A stretch of 64,000 nt of DNA from a phage. Positions 44,641 to 55,469 of the stretch are shown here, piece by piece. Where the stretch lies: sequence record NC_102531.1. One strand, 5' to 3'. Positions within the stretch are counted from its first letter, which is position 1; the number at the start of each line of letters is the position of its first letter. The notes beneath the pieces are model-generated. The model was given only the letters and a program-made list of their open reading frames with translations. It had not been told where the DNA came from and did not search any database. A program made the position numbers and the translations under genes.

Positions 44641-47600
44641 TTAACGAGAAAAGGTTGCGTAGGCTTCTAGACGATACTGCTGGTCACCAGGGAACATAAC
44701 ACCTATAGAGGCTGTCCCTAGAATCCTGCCTTCCTTTCCAGACTCCATTCTGAACCCTACCCATCCTGAACTCCTTGCAGCCTCGATGTTGTCGCTATAC
44801 CCGAAAGTGGCAAGATCGTCAACACCAGCCCCAAACAGCAACTGAAGCTGACTTCTCGGAAGCCCTATAATTTCAGGAATATACGCACCAAAGTACACCA
44901 TCTGCCCTACCTTAGGACCGCTGCCGTACTCCATCGGTTTGCTTGTAGAGAAAGTCTTCATACCAGAAGTACCTGCCGGATTAGGGTATGCCCCGTTTGT
45001 TGCTGTACCTATCCACATTCTCCACTGTGGTGCCATCTGTTTGACAGTAAAAGATGTTGAAGACGTTTTGCGCCCTGCATCATCTGTAACTACAAACTTT
45101 ATGGTGACATTCCCAGTAGCTTTAAATGTTACCAGTCCTGTGGTGGCATCCACTGTTGCAATGTTGGTATTACTACTTTCCCAAGTCTTTCTAATCCCGG
45201 ATACGTTGGAAGGGGTAATAGAAGGTTCCTGCATCTGCAGTTTACCCCCAACAATCCCTATGCCGTTGCCCGGATTATACAGCACACCAACCTCGTCTAT
45301 AATGTTCCCTGCTTTGAGACTATACTTCCTTGAGAAGTTGTAGGTTCCGTTATAAGTGTGTGTCCCCGAGAAGGTGACATCTGCCTTCCCGTAAGAGATG
45401 CAAACCAAAGCATACTTCCTGTCAGGCAACGTTTCTCCAGTCTCTGGGTGAGTTTTACCTACCTGGAACACACTCGGGTCAGTAGAGTCGTGACTATCAC
45501 TAACGGAGCTTGGACCGCCCATCAACTGTGACAAACAATTCCTTACCCATGTCCAGTTATTATCGCTGGAGAAGTCCACAGTCAAATCAAACACAACCCA
45601 CTCATTTGGCTTCCACACAGGTGTTGTAATGGACTTGCCTACACCACCTCCTTGGAGTGTTGCCGACTGTTCAGTGATCAGGGCCGCATAGGCCAGAGTT
45701 CCTAAACTCAAAGTCTGGCTTGCTGTCCTCACTACCTTAGAATCAGCATCTGTGAAGTTGTTGATGATCTGGAATGTGCCATAAGTGTTTTTACAGGTAA
45801 TTCTGGCGTTCAGCGTGTCAATCTTCCTCACATCTGCCATAGCAGTGTTAGACACAGAGAAGTCAGAAGCTTTAGCTGAGTTTGCCGCAACAGCAGGATC
45901 AACGTTAAGAGTTGCGTTGAACTGACAGGCAGGGGTAACCAGCAGCTTGTTATCACCTATTTGCTTCCATGAAATACTTTGGACAGGTAGATTCCATTTA
46001 ATACCTGAGAAAACTTTAGCAACCCTTGGCCCCAAAGCTCCAGTCCTGTTGTCTTTACAGCACATAGACATGGTGATCGTTGACGGAGTTGCTTGACCAA
46101 ATAATTGCTGTGCTTTTGCAGAGGACATAGTGTAGAAATTGTCCTTAACAAACTCATCAGCAGCTAAAGATCCATCAGCTCTCCACCACTGAACCTGGTA
46201 CCCTGTTTTGTCCCAACCACCGACCTGCTTCAAGTCCTCCCAGGAGATTTCTAGATCCCCAGTGGTAGGGTTGATTGCAGCAGTTCCCGGTGTTCCGGGT
46301 GACCACAATGGGATATCGAACCACGCTGGTTTAACAGATTGTACTGCGTTCGGTCCTATTGCAGCAGCAAGTTGCTGACCCATCAACACACGAGCATCTT
46401 TTACCAAGCCCCATTCAATCATGGACCCGGAGTAGCCTTCTTTCTTATAGGCCGAAGATCCGTTCAAATGGATAAGTCTGCTGCAGTCGAAACCATACGC
46501 CCCGCCACCGTTAGGATCTGCAAAGTTAGTTATGATTCTATCCCTTATATTTTTCCATGCCCTGCCTCCAATCTCATAGTCATGGTCATAACATCTCTGC
46601 AGCGTTGTCCAGCAAATGATTGCCATTCTTCTGCCACCAGTAAACCCGAAAGCGCCGTCATTCAACTCTTTCCACAGATAGCAGTTAGTTGCCCACATAG
46701 CTCTGTGGATATTGAACCAGTTTATAGACTTAGCAGAATTGTCCCACTGAGTTCCAGGTAATTCAGGCCACACCGCATTCACCAGCATATCCTCTGTGCC
46801 AGCATCGACCAGGAAGCCTCTTACCTTCCTACCCATCCCTTCTCTGTCTTTAGCAATCCAATTGCCAAACAGCCTCAGTTTTGGACCATAAACAACATCT
46901 TCAGGGTGCTCAAAAGAGACATACTTCAAGTATACCGTAGGATCACCGTAGGTGCCATCACAAACACTTTTATGCATGTTCTCACCCAGGTCTAGACGAA
47001 GTCCTGTCACCACTTTAGATGTGTCGGTGAATTTGTCTGTTAAATCAAATTCATACCACCACCATCCGCCACCAAGCATAAATTTCTTGCACCGCGCAGT
47101 GTCTGTATCTGATATTCTCTTATCCCCTGCAAAAGGTGAATCAGCAAACTGATAGTGCAGAGCAGTCTCAAATAGATGTGTTGAGGTTCCGTTTTCTGCA
47201 AGAACTTGCTTACCTATTAAGTCACACTTAATAATCATCACAACACGCTTGTAGCCGTTTGTTATCGGAACCTGCATAGATATGGATGTTCCGTCCATGT
47301 TCGATCTTAGTGCGGTCATGATGATGTAAGGATCAACAGCATTACCCAAAGTTTCAGGTCCTGGAATTATCTTGTACTTCTTGACCTGCCCCATGAATCT
47401 GTCACTGGCGTAAGTTGCAGCCTCGAAGCAAGACCCACCTCCAGGTAGTTCCCCCGGACCCCAGAAAAATGCGCCATAACAGTTATAAAACCATTTGTTA
47501 GGGTCATATTTATTCTTGAAGGTCTGAACCTCGTTGGCCTGTTTTGTCAAGAAAACCTGCGTGTCTGTGAAGATTGCAGGGTTTACTCTCGCCTGTCTTG

Positions 47601-50277
47601 GAGGGTAACCTGTAGTTTGGTTAAACCACAAATTACAAGAGTAATCCCTCATATAGTCATAATCAGAGTATTTGTTTACATCTTCGTTCCAACACATGTT
47701 TAGGTTGGTACCGCCCATGCATACAATATATTCTGCGACATACTTATCACTTCTGGTAGGAATACCTATGAACCATCTGTTAACAGGCTCATCCCAAGCT
47801 GTGCGCTCATCTTTAACGCAGATAGCAATCCAGTCATGTGTTCCTGTTTTCTTGCACACATCTCGCTTCATACCATAGTAGAACTCTTTAGTATTCGGCT
47901 CAGGTGCATTTATCAGGTAACTCCATGCCTGATTTGCATAAGTTCCATTGGTGCGTGGATCATGATCAAAGGCATACATGATGATCCTTTCCCCACCAAG
48001 ATGTTCGCCAAGAGTAACTTTGACATTCACATCGCCGTAACCATTGCGAACAACCTCCATATTATCAATAGAGATACCTCTGGGCGTGTAGGCAATTTTC
48101 AGCGAGTTATCTTCACTAGTGCCGCCAAGTGTAATCCCTATGTTGTTTGTTGTCCCGTCGACATATCTTACTGTAGCTTCCCAGCGTATTCCGAAATATC
48201 CTGCATCATGGCTGACAATTTTCAGTGTACGAGCTCCCGGGTGAGGTTTTCCAGGATCAGGCCAAGGGTCTGGGTGTTCGTGAACAGTCAACGACGTTCC
48301 GTTCTGCTCATTAACCTGCAACATTTTACCACCCTTGCCATTAGGATTGAACTCCCACAAGGCTTGTGTTTTCACAATATTGTCATACGTGGCGCGTCTT
48401 TGATCGTAGATCTCTTGGGTCACATCATAAGTTACTGATCCAGCATCCATTCTGTGGAGTCTGACCATATACGATGTATCCCCTTCTACTGCAGGCTGGG
48501 TCCCATTCAGCCCAAAGTATACAGTATCGTTAACATGGAACTGCTTGTTTCTACCAACGGTATGCCACTTGCCGTTGGACGGATACGCAGGAACTATGGT
48601 GTTCCAGTTCAAAGTCCTTGTCGTGTGAGTTCTGCCTGTGCCATGCTTGTCATGATAGGTTATTTTTACAGAGTACAGGCCACGTCTGTTAACATTTCTG
48701 TTATACTGGGTAACAACAACTTCGTTGGCCCCGCCGTGGTTCCAGTTGGTGGAGAATTGGTAATTTGCATCTGTAACAACCGTACCTGCAGCATTCACCA
48801 GTTCAATCTTGTCAATGATGAACGTAGCTCCCTCTGGCTGAGGCTTCAATTTCATCTTGACCGTGTCACCAATGTAGATATTGCTAACACTGCTAACACC
48901 ATTAACGTCGAAAATATCATCAACGCCCCAACTGTCTACTGGGACATTTTTATACCAATTCTCAGGAACCTCTGTGAACCCCTGACTATTAAGTCTGCCG
49001 CCAAACAGGTTATTAGAGCCTGTAAAACTTCCCCTTGGGATACCTGACCACCAAAGTTTACCATTAACAACAGTAAAGGTCCCTAAGAAACCTTCTCTGT
49101 GGATGCCTTGGAAATAAACACTCTCTGTCCAGCTGACTGGCAGGCGTTGCTCAACATATTTAGCTGTAGCAAGAGCTTGATAGTGGATAAAATCGGCCCT
49201 AGGACTATTGTTTGCAGATTGTGCACCAATATCATTACATAAGTTGCGAGAGAACCCACGATACTGCTTAGTGCCATTATTGAAGAAAATGCCACTTGTG
49301 CCGTACCCACGAGCCATCATTACCTCATGGGTGTAGGTGATATTCAGTTCCCGCCATGTATCATCTCCCCAAATGTTTTGACCATAAAATACGTTAACAA
49401 GCTGCTGGTCATCGGGTCTATGCATCCTCTGTGTAGCAATTACTGCCCCGTTAGGACCACACATAAACCCTTTCCACTCCTCATCTGCAGGAATGCCCCT
49501 CAAATCGTTACGAGTAATCTGCACAGGAGGCCAAACAAGGTCGTTTCTACTGTTATTTCTCAGAAAGTCGTATCCAGCAATCCAGAAACCCCTAGGACCA
49601 CCGAAAATAACAGAGTTGTCATGCACCTCACAGTTGATGCTTGGGTTTTTCCAAGGGCCTGTTTCAGGATTTTCCGATGTCTCACCAATCTTTACAGGGG
49701 TTGCATGCTGATTTTTATCTACATGCAAAGATCCGTAGGTGTTGTTACCAGATCCATACAGGTTAAGTATGCCAGTACCTTCTGCCTCTGCAATAACCCA
49801 GACAGTGTTGTTAATACCGCCCATCACCTCAATAAGGCGTTCTGGGTGGGTGTCAAGGTGCAATCCTTTAACAATCTGCTCTGGGAGTGGTGTCCACTCG
49901 TTTACGCAAACATCATTACCGCCTGCCGCAGTGGATCCGATAAGACCTGCAGTGCAGCCGATGTAGAAAAACTGGTTATCAAAAGTCCGGATCACAAACG
50001 CGCGGTCTGCTCTCCACACATGATCAACATTCCAGGCTGTTTCGCTCGGATAGTTTATAGGGCTACGATCCCCAGTGCGGCACTCTCCGAACTTGTTATA
50101 GCCAGTAATATTAAGCTGACCATCATCAAAAAGTATAGCTAAGCTATTTACATAGGATACTGTGTTGCTTGTACCATCACTGTTGTCTATTGGGTATGAC
50201 AGAACAGCAAGTTCCTTAATTCCACCCCTCTTATCGAGGAAATGACGACCAAGTTTTAGCAAAGGGATTGGAAGCAT
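44641..50277 (-). CDS. Very large tail fibre or receptor-binding structural protein (1878 aa), putative
   Basis: Beta-rich Gly/Asn/Trp/Tyr-rich composition; position downstream of the fibre cluster. Confidence 0.6.
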   Translation of the reverse strand: MLPIPLLKLGRHFLDKRGGIKELAVLSYPIDNSDGTSNTVSYVNSLAILFDDGQLNITGYNKFGECRTGDRSPINYPSETAWNVDHVWRADRAFVIRTFDNQFFYIGCTAGLIGSTAAGGNDVCVNEWTPLPEQIVKGLHLDTHPERLIEVMGGINNTVWVIAEAEGTGILNLYGSGNNTYGSLHVDKNQHATPVKIGETSENPETGPWKNPSINCEVHDNSVIFGGPRGFWIAGYDFLRNNSRNDLVWPPVQITRNDLRGIPADEEWKGFMCGPNGAVIATQRMHRPDDQQLVNVFYGQNIWGDDTWRELNITYTHEVMMARGYGTSGIFFNNGTKQYRGFSRNLCNDIGAQSANNSPRADFIHYQALATAKYVEQRLPVSWTESVYFQGIHREGFLGTFTVVNGKLWWSGIPRGSFTGSNNLFGGRLNSQGFTEVPENWYKNVPVDSWGVDDIFDVNGVSSVSNIYIGDTVKMKLKPQPEGATFIIDKIELVNAAGTVVTDANYQFSTNWNHGGANEVVVTQYNRNVNRRGLYSVKITYHDKHGTGRTHTTRTLNWNTIVPAYPSNGKWHTVGRNKQFHVNDTVYFGLNGTQPAVEGDTSYMVRLHRMDAGSVTYDVTQEIYDQRRATYDNIVKTQALWEFNPNGKGGKMLQVNEQNGTSLTVHEHPDPWPDPGKPHPGARTLKIVSHDAGYFGIRWEATVRYVDGTTNNIGITLGGTSEDNSLKIAYTPRGISIDNMEVVRNGYGDVNVKVTLGEHLGGERIIMYAFDHDPRTNGTYANQAWSYLINAPEPNTKEFYYGMKRDVCKKTGTHDWIAICVKDERTAWDEPVNRWFIGIPTRSDKYVAEYIVCMGGTNLNMCWNEDVNKYSDYDYMRDYSCNLWFNQTTGYPPRQARVNPAIFTDTQVFLTKQANEVQTFKNKYDPNKWFYNCYGAFFWGPGELPGGGSCFEAATYASDRFMGQVKKYKIIPGPETLGNAVDPYIIMTALRSNMDGTSISMQVPITNGYKRVVMIIKCDLIGKQVLAENGTSTHLFETALHYQFADSPFAGDKRISDTDTARCKKFMLGGGWWWYEFDLTDKFTDTSKVVTGLRLDLGENMHKSVCDGTYGDPTVYLKYVSFEHPEDVVYGPKLRLFGNWIAKDREGMGRKVRGFLVDAGTEDMLVNAVWPELPGTQWDNSAKSINWFNIHRAMWATNCYLWKELNDGAFGFTGGRRMAIICWTTLQRCYDHDYEIGGRAWKNIRDRIITNFADPNGGGAYGFDCSRLIHLNGSSAYKKEGYSGSMIEWGLVKDARVLMGQQLAAAIGPNAVQSVKPAWFDIPLWSPGTPGTAAINPTTGDLEISWEDLKQVGGWDKTGYQVQWWRADGSLAADEFVKDNFYTMSSAKAQQLFGQATPSTITMSMCCKDNRTGALGPRVAKVFSGIKWNLPVQSISWKQIGDNKLLVTPACQFNATLNVDPAVAANSAKASDFSVSNTAMADVRKIDTLNARITCKNTYGTFQIINNFTDADSKVVRTASQTLSLGTLAYAALITEQSATLQGGGVGKSITTPVWKPNEWVVFDLTVDFSSDNNWTWVRNCLSQLMGGPSSVSDSHDSTDPSVFQVGKTHPETGETLPDRKYALVCISYGKADVTFSGTHTYNGTYNFSRKYSLKAGNIIDEVGVLYNPGNGIGIVGGKLQMQEPSITPSNVSGIRKTWESSNTNIATVDATTGLVTFKATGNVTIKFVVTDDAGRKTSSTSFTVKQMAPQWRMWIGTATNGAYPNPAGTSGMKTFSTSKPMEYGSGPKVGQMVYFGAYIPEIIGLPRSQLQLLFGAGVDDLATFGYSDNIEAARSSGWVGFRMESGKEGRILGTASIGVMFPGDQQYRLEAYATFSR

Positions 50278-50285
50278 TGTGTTCT

Positions 50286-50318
50286 CCAGATAAGAAAACC
50301 GCCCCGTCAGGAGCGGTT
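50286..50318 (-). terminator. Terminator or attenuator hairpin upstream of the 1878-aa gene
   Basis: Stem AACCGC / GCGGTT then TTTCTTATC; overlaps the ribosome-binding region. Confidence 0.4.
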
Positions 50319-50325
50319 AGATATA

Positions 50326-52071
50326 TTAACGTTGTGCAATTACTACGTCTACGATATCACCAACACCACAATACGTTAATTGCAGCAAGGTAACACTGTT
50401 AGCCTTGTTGTTAATAACAGGTGTTGCCGACAGGATAGCATACTTATCGTGCAAAGTCACGTTGTGACCTACAGCATCCTGAATTACATAGATAACCGCA
50501 GTGAATGGATAAGGTTTATCTTCCGCTGATGTCCCAGGCCACTGTCCTATTGTAAAATCCCCTTTCGCGTGAACAACATACATACTGGCCTGCCCGTTAG
50601 GTGTCCATGTCCCACTGGACGCGTCAACCTCCTCTAAATCAAAATCTACCTTTCCTGCGTGGAAAGTAGGGGCAGTAATGGTTTTACCCGCCTCAATTTC
50701 TTGAGAGGTGGTTATCTTGCCACTGGAGTTAATGCCATTACAGACAAAGTTGACATTAGAGAAGTCAGGCAACCACCCAGTCACCGTGCCGGATATTTCA
50801 AGGTTGTGAACAGAGGTGGTGCCAGTCCCTGCTGCGTTTAAACTGACATCTCCATTTACCTGCAAGTTGCGGGTAACGTTGCAGTTTTCAGAGTTTGCAG
50901 TTGTTGCAGTTAAAGTGGTTGTTGTCAGCTCGGTAATTACACCTTTGTTGGCTGTAAGCCCTTCTCCTTCAAAAGTTGCACGCTCATTGACTCTTAAGGT
51001 ATTCAGAGCTATGTTTTGGATAGAGGCCGTACCTCGAATAACTACAGACCCGCCAACCTCCAAATCGCCATTTATCAATGCATCACCAGTGCTTTCAATA
51101 TAGCTAGGGTAGATCATGGTGCCATCGACAGAGTATGTTATCCCTGTAACGGTACCTGTCACCTCAAGGTTCTTAACCCTGGTGGTCCCATCTACCTGCA
51201 ATGTCGGTTCGGTTGCTGCCTTCATGGCATTACCACGAATGTACACGTAGTCAAAAAAGTTATTACCCAGGCCATCAAAATGCACATCGTTATTATTAGC
51301 CACTGGTTTCCCAGAAGTTATAGTGTCAGCTATAACCCTGTGGGTGGACACTTCATGAGGTTGCAGCTCTGTACTTCTCCAGTCTGCATGCTTAGGATCG
51401 CTCCACGCAAAAGTAAGTGTAGAAGTATTTGCCGTGAGGATTAGATTCCTAAAGCGTGCAGTAGAATCTGCCCCATTAACAGGTCCATGTAAGGTAAGGG
51501 TGCCACCAACTATAGTGTTAGCGAGTTCTGTAAGACCTTTTACCACCAAAGACCCTACAGTAACTTTCATCCCCTCCATGGCTTTAAATATGCTATCAAC
51601 ATAGTCAACAACAAACTCTGTGTTTGCTATGGACTCTGACTTATCGTCCATTGGAGGTGTAGGTACTCGTGGGTCACCTTCGAACCTCGGGCTGTTAAGT
51701 TTTGCGTAGTATTTTGCCATTACTGCAGAGTCGGTGTATAATCTCCAGTTTGGAGATTGTGAAGGATCTGCTGGCATTCTAACCGGGTTAGATTTTGATG
51801 CTGCGGGAGCGTACCACCATTGAGGGCCTGTGTCCCCTTTAAACTCATACAGCTGGTTAAAAACTGTTGTGGATGCACCATACGCCCAAGGGATCGGTGG
51901 CGTTTTAAAATAAAGGTTGTCAAGCATGGCTTTTCGTACCGTAGGGATGGTGGTCCCATCCTCTACGACAACTTCATCCACAGCGTTACCGTTGACAACC
52001 AAGTGCAAACGTTCAGAATCAACAATTACTTGATCTACCGCCTGCTCAAAGCTTGTCATGTCTTGCGCCAT
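50326..52071 (-). CDS. Tail fibre or spike protein (581 aa), putative
   Basis: Thr/Gly/Asn-rich repetitive beta-helix-like sequence. Confidence 0.55.
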   Translation of the reverse strand: MAQDMTSFEQAVDQVIVDSERLHLVVNGNAVDEVVVEDGTTIPTVRKAMLDNLYFKTPPIPWAYGASTTVFNQLYEFKGDTGPQWWYAPAASKSNPVRMPADPSQSPNWRLYTDSAVMAKYYAKLNSPRFEGDPRVPTPPMDDKSESIANTEFVVDYVDSIFKAMEGMKVTVGSLVVKGLTELANTIVGGTLTLHGPVNGADSTARFRNLILTANTSTLTFAWSDPKHADWRSTELQPHEVSTHRVIADTITSGKPVANNNDVHFDGLGNNFFDYVYIRGNAMKAATEPTLQVDGTTRVKNLEVTGTVTGITYSVDGTMIYPSYIESTGDALINGDLEVGGSVVIRGTASIQNIALNTLRVNERATFEGEGLTANKGVITELTTTTLTATTANSENCNVTRNLQVNGDVSLNAAGTGTTSVHNLEISGTVTGWLPDFSNVNFVCNGINSSGKITTSQEIEAGKTITAPTFHAGKVDFDLEEVDASSGTWTPNGQASMYVVHAKGDFTIGQWPGTSAEDKPYPFTAVIYVIQDAVGHNVTLHDKYAILSATPVINNKANSVTLLQLTYCGVGDIVDVVIAQR

Positions 52072-52080
52072 GATTTCTCC

Positions 52081-52347
52081 TTAAGCTTTTTGCTCTTCGT
52101 TTTTAACGTGGTCAGGGTGCTGGCAACCCCACCGGAGCGAGATGAATTTGCTAATAAGCTGGGGGCAAGCTACTGAAGGCGCGTATATCCACGCATACCA
52201 TTCAGGAAGCGTATCATTATACCCCATATGAATAAACACCCCAGTCATCACCGCCATGCCTATGTTCGACCATAGCTTAGATTGGGATACTTTCGTAGGG
52301 TCATCAGATGCCGCAACCAGTCCCCATAAAAACTGAGTTAGTTTCAT
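52081..52347 (-). CDS. Small two-TM membrane protein (88 aa), holin-like candidate
   Basis: Two hydrophobic segments plus charged C-terminus KNEEQKA. Confidence 0.35.
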   Translation of the reverse strand: MKLTQFLWGLVAASDDPTKVSQSKLWSNIGMAVMTGVFIHMGYNDTLPEWYAWIYAPSVACPQLISKFISLRWGCQHPDHVKNEEQKA

Positions 52348-52358
52348 TTACCCTCTTT

Positions 52359-53402
52359 TTAAGCATAAGATATAGTGATCCATTGACCATTTACAAGTTT
52401 TTGGATAGCACCTGTCCAGTAATCACCTTGATAAGGGTGTTTATAAGCGTAGTTACCAGAGCACATCACATGTCCAGGGTAGACTCTTGACTCTCTGTAG
52501 GTGGTTTTGAAACGGTTTGCTATCCTTACATCATCAACACCTCTGCTGGGCATAGGGATAGTAAGGTTACCACTACCGTCTGCGCTGTTACCATTTACCC
52601 TACGGACCACGTTTCTTCCACCAACTGTTGCATATTGGCCCCTGACGGTTTCATCGTTACAATCAACTCTTCCACCTATTTGAGCGCTTCCGCAGGATTG
52701 TTGTCCGTTAACAGTGGCTCTTGGTATCGTAACTGCATTGGCATTTGCAGAGGAACTTTTTGCGTCGTTGCATTCAAGATTTCCTTGGATAGCCAGTCTT
52801 GCACGGTTGGCAGTTATAGCATTGAGCTTCATAGCTGAAAACACAGGCTGCCCACCAGAAGGTTGAAATCTCCAACGGAACCCGTCTATTTGGTGAGAAG
52901 GATCATCAAGATCTGTGCCGTCAGCACCACCGATGTTGTCCATAATCCAGAAATCCATCATCGTCTTGTCTGAGGTTATGGTGGTATATATTGCCGCACT
53001 GTCTGTTGACGCAGATGCAAACTCGATTCTTTGGAGACCTAAAGTTTGAGTCTGAATCATTATGTCTCCAGACTTGTCAACATATAGATCGTCCATTTCT
53101 TCAGGTGAATATACATTGAGAACTTGACGTGCAGCAGCTTTGTCTGGAACGTCTGCTAGATTATTAGTGACCCTTAAGAATCTATTATCCCATCCTGGGA
53201 CAACATCTTCTGTTAAATGCTTTAACCACGCAGAAAGCATGTGAAGTTCAAAGTTAACAACTTCACATGCCACTCTTTGTGTCATATCCCAACCTTTCAA
53301 TCTCTCTTCTTTTTTTGGTTGAGACTTATTCAATTCTCCCGTATTTTCAAGCACAACATCCTGATTGGCCCAAATATCAAGAGGGATAACTGGTTTAGTC
53401 AT
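52359..53402 (-). CDS. Tail fibre protein, paralog A (347 aa)
   Basis: Homologous over its length to 54417..55457; shared N-terminus and C-terminus KLVNGQWITISYA. Confidence 0.6.
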   Translation of the reverse strand: MTKPVIPLDIWANQDVVLENTGELNKSQPKKEERLKGWDMTQRVACEVVNFELHMLSAWLKHLTEDVVPGWDNRFLRVTNNLADVPDKAAARQVLNVYSPEEMDDLYVDKSGDIMIQTQTLGLQRIEFASASTDSAAIYTTITSDKTMMDFWIMDNIGGADGTDLDDPSHQIDGFRWRFQPSGGQPVFSAMKLNAITANRARLAIQGNLECNDAKSSSANANAVTIPRATVNGQQSCGSAQIGGRVDCNDETVRGQYATVGGRNVVRRVNGNSADGSGNLTIPMPSRGVDDVRIANRFKTTYRESRVYPGHVMCSGNYAYKHPYQGDYWTGAIQKLVNGQWITISYA

Positions 53403-53491
53403 CGCGTTCTCCTGAGAAAATTCCTTAGGACTATTTTAACACTTTAGAGAACAAAATGCAAGAACGGAGTCCTTTCCGTTCTGACCTTTGT

Positions 53492-53806
53492 TTACCTTTT
53501 ACTATGCTCTACGAGCATGTGCAAAATCTTTTGTACATCAGCTCGGATACCGGAGACATCTGTCCTGACATCCTGCTTAAGGTCGTTAATATCGGCCTCT
53601 AGCTTGCTTAACCGGGTCTCGATAACGGAATCAAGTCTATCTTTTGTAACCATACTGTTTTTCACTAAGATGAGGTCTTTCTCCAGCTCATCTAACCTCT
53701 TGGAAATGCCTTTCCATTTGGTGTGCCACTGGTTGAAAGCCCATACACAGATCGGGACAACGGTACCCATGCAGATACCGTACAATGCCGCCAAATCCAA
53801 CTCCAC
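53492..53806 (-). CDS. TM plus coiled-coil protein (104 aa), i-spanin-like candidate
   Basis: N-terminal hydrophobic helix then heptad-rich charged region. Confidence 0.35.
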   Translation of the reverse strand: MELDLAALYGICMGTVVPICVWAFNQWHTKWKGISKRLDELEKDLILVKNSMVTKDRLDSVIETRLSKLEADINDLKQDVRTDVSGIRADVQKILHMLVEHSKR

Positions 53807-53817
53807 AACACCTCCTC

Positions 53818-54402
53818 TTAGAGGGTAGGTCGCTCCGGGAAGAAAATGTCAGGGGCTTTAGATGTATCTATTTCAAGAAGTTTTACCCTGTACATTTTCA
53901 AATCTCTGATGTTACGTTTCTGGTCATCAGTAAGATCATATTCAAGGTCAATCATGTCTTGATAGGCACCAATTCTAGCAGTAGCCCAAGCAAGTTCTGT
54001 CTCTATGACACCCTCTGCCTGTTGAACAAAGAATTCATTGTCTGTGACAAATTCATCACCAACTAAACGCAAAGCGTCGTGGTGAAGCATAATGTTTTCT
54101 GGTACCTCTTCTTTTTTGGCGATAACCACACGAAGACCTGGAGCAGGCCATAAGGCATCAGGTTCTTCTGTAGATGTCTTAAGAATTCCCTTTTCGTCAA
54201 CAAGTAGGAAGATACAACCCGGATTTTCTTGTCGTAATGTTCGTGACTGCACATACCAATCGCCATCATCATTACGTAAAAAATACCCAGTGTATGCGGT
54301 GTAATCCTCAACCTCTTGAGGGGTCAGCTCTTTGGTTTCCTTGTTGGCGTGGTATTCGCCAGATCCCGGTTGGTAAAGTTTAAACTCTTGAAGTATTTTC
54401 AT
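53818..54402 (-). CDS. Tail fibre assembly chaperone (Tfa family)
   Basis: C-terminal KMYRVKLLEIDTSKAPDIFFPERP matches the Tfa signature as recalled; directly downstream of a fibre gene. Confidence 0.7.
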   Translation of the reverse strand: MKILQEFKLYQPGSGEYHANKETKELTPQEVEDYTAYTGYFLRNDDGDWYVQSRTLRQENPGCIFLLVDEKGILKTSTEEPDALWPAPGLRVVIAKKEEVPENIMLHHDALRLVGDEFVTDNEFFVQQAEGVIETELAWATARIGAYQDMIDLEYDLTDDQKRNIRDLKMYRVKLLEIDTSKAPDIFFPERPTL

Positions 54403-54416
54403 GCTAGTCCCCCGAT

Positions 54417-55457
54417 CTATGCATAATTAACAGTGATCCATTGACCATTTACAAGTTTTTGTAAAGGTCCTGCCCAGTAAGTTGAACCACGCATCTCTTT
54501 TTTGTCACCGAAATGCCAGCCTGTGACAACGTAGCCGTTGCGGATTGGGGATTCAGAAACGCCGTCCACAAGTCTTGCACCGATTCTGATGTCTTGCACA
54601 CCTGTCTGCGGGATGGTGATCGTTACATCACCGTTACCGTTAGCCGTCACTCCGTTCACAGAGCGAACCACATTTCTGTTACCGACAACACAGTGCTGGC
54701 TTCTTACAACCATACTGTCACAACTTGCACCACCATTAACATATACTGACCCAGCCGTCAATTGACTAGCCACATTACAGTTGGTGAATGTTGCTGTATT
54801 GCTGATAGTAAGGTTATTACACCTCATGTTATCGACAACTTCAACATTGCCTACCACTTTCAACAGCGCACGGTTAGCCGTGATCGCGTTAAGGTACATC
54901 AAAGTGAACTCTGGATTAATATCCGGCTGAGTTGGCTGGAATCTCCAACGAAACGCATCTATTGTAGATGTGCCACCATCATCAAACGACCCAATATTAT
55001 CACTTAACCCAAAGTCGAGAGTTGTCTTATCTGGGCCAATAGTTGTCTCTATCCAAGCCTTATCTGTATCGGCAGCTTTAAAGTTGATACGTTGCAAACC
55101 CAATGGGCCTGTCATTGTATCACCTGTAACTTTTACATACCTGGCGTCTGCCTCTTCCTTAGTAATAATCCCAAGGTTTCTACGGGCAACAGGGATGTTC
55201 AAAAGATCACTCAAGTTATTATCACGTACCAGATAACGGCCTTCTTGAGCGGGGATCTGCTCGTCAGCAATGTATTTTGCCCAAGTTCCGAGCATATTGA
55301 AAATATAGTTAAGTTCTTCACATGAGGGCTTTTGACCAAGATCCCAACCTTTTCTCCACAAATCATCAATCGGGCGTAGCCTGTTCTGTCTGTGGGTGTT
55401 AGGCAGAACCTGATCCTCCTCTGCCCAAATCTCTAATGGAAAACTAGGTTTTGACAT
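54417..55457 (-). CDS. Tail fibre protein, paralog B (346 aa)
   Basis: Paralog of 52359..53402 (C-terminus KLVNGQWITVNYA); followed by Tfa. Confidence 0.6.
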   Translation of the reverse strand: MSKPSFPLEIWAEEDQVLPNTHRQNRLRPIDDLWRKGWDLGQKPSCEELNYIFNMLGTWAKYIADEQIPAQEGRYLVRDNNLSDLLNIPVARRNLGIITKEEADARYVKVTGDTMTGPLGLQRINFKAADTDKAWIETTIGPDKTTLDFGLSDNIGSFDDGGTSTIDAFRWRFQPTQPDINPEFTLMYLNAITANRALLKVVGNVEVVDNMRCNNLTISNTATFTNCNVASQLTAGSVYVNGGASCDSMVVRSQHCVVGNRNVVRSVNGVTANGNGDVTITIPQTGVQDIRIGARLVDGVSESPIRNGYVVTGWHFGDKKEMRGSTYWAGPLQKLVNGQWITVNYA

Positions 55458-55469
55458 TTTATCTCCTGA

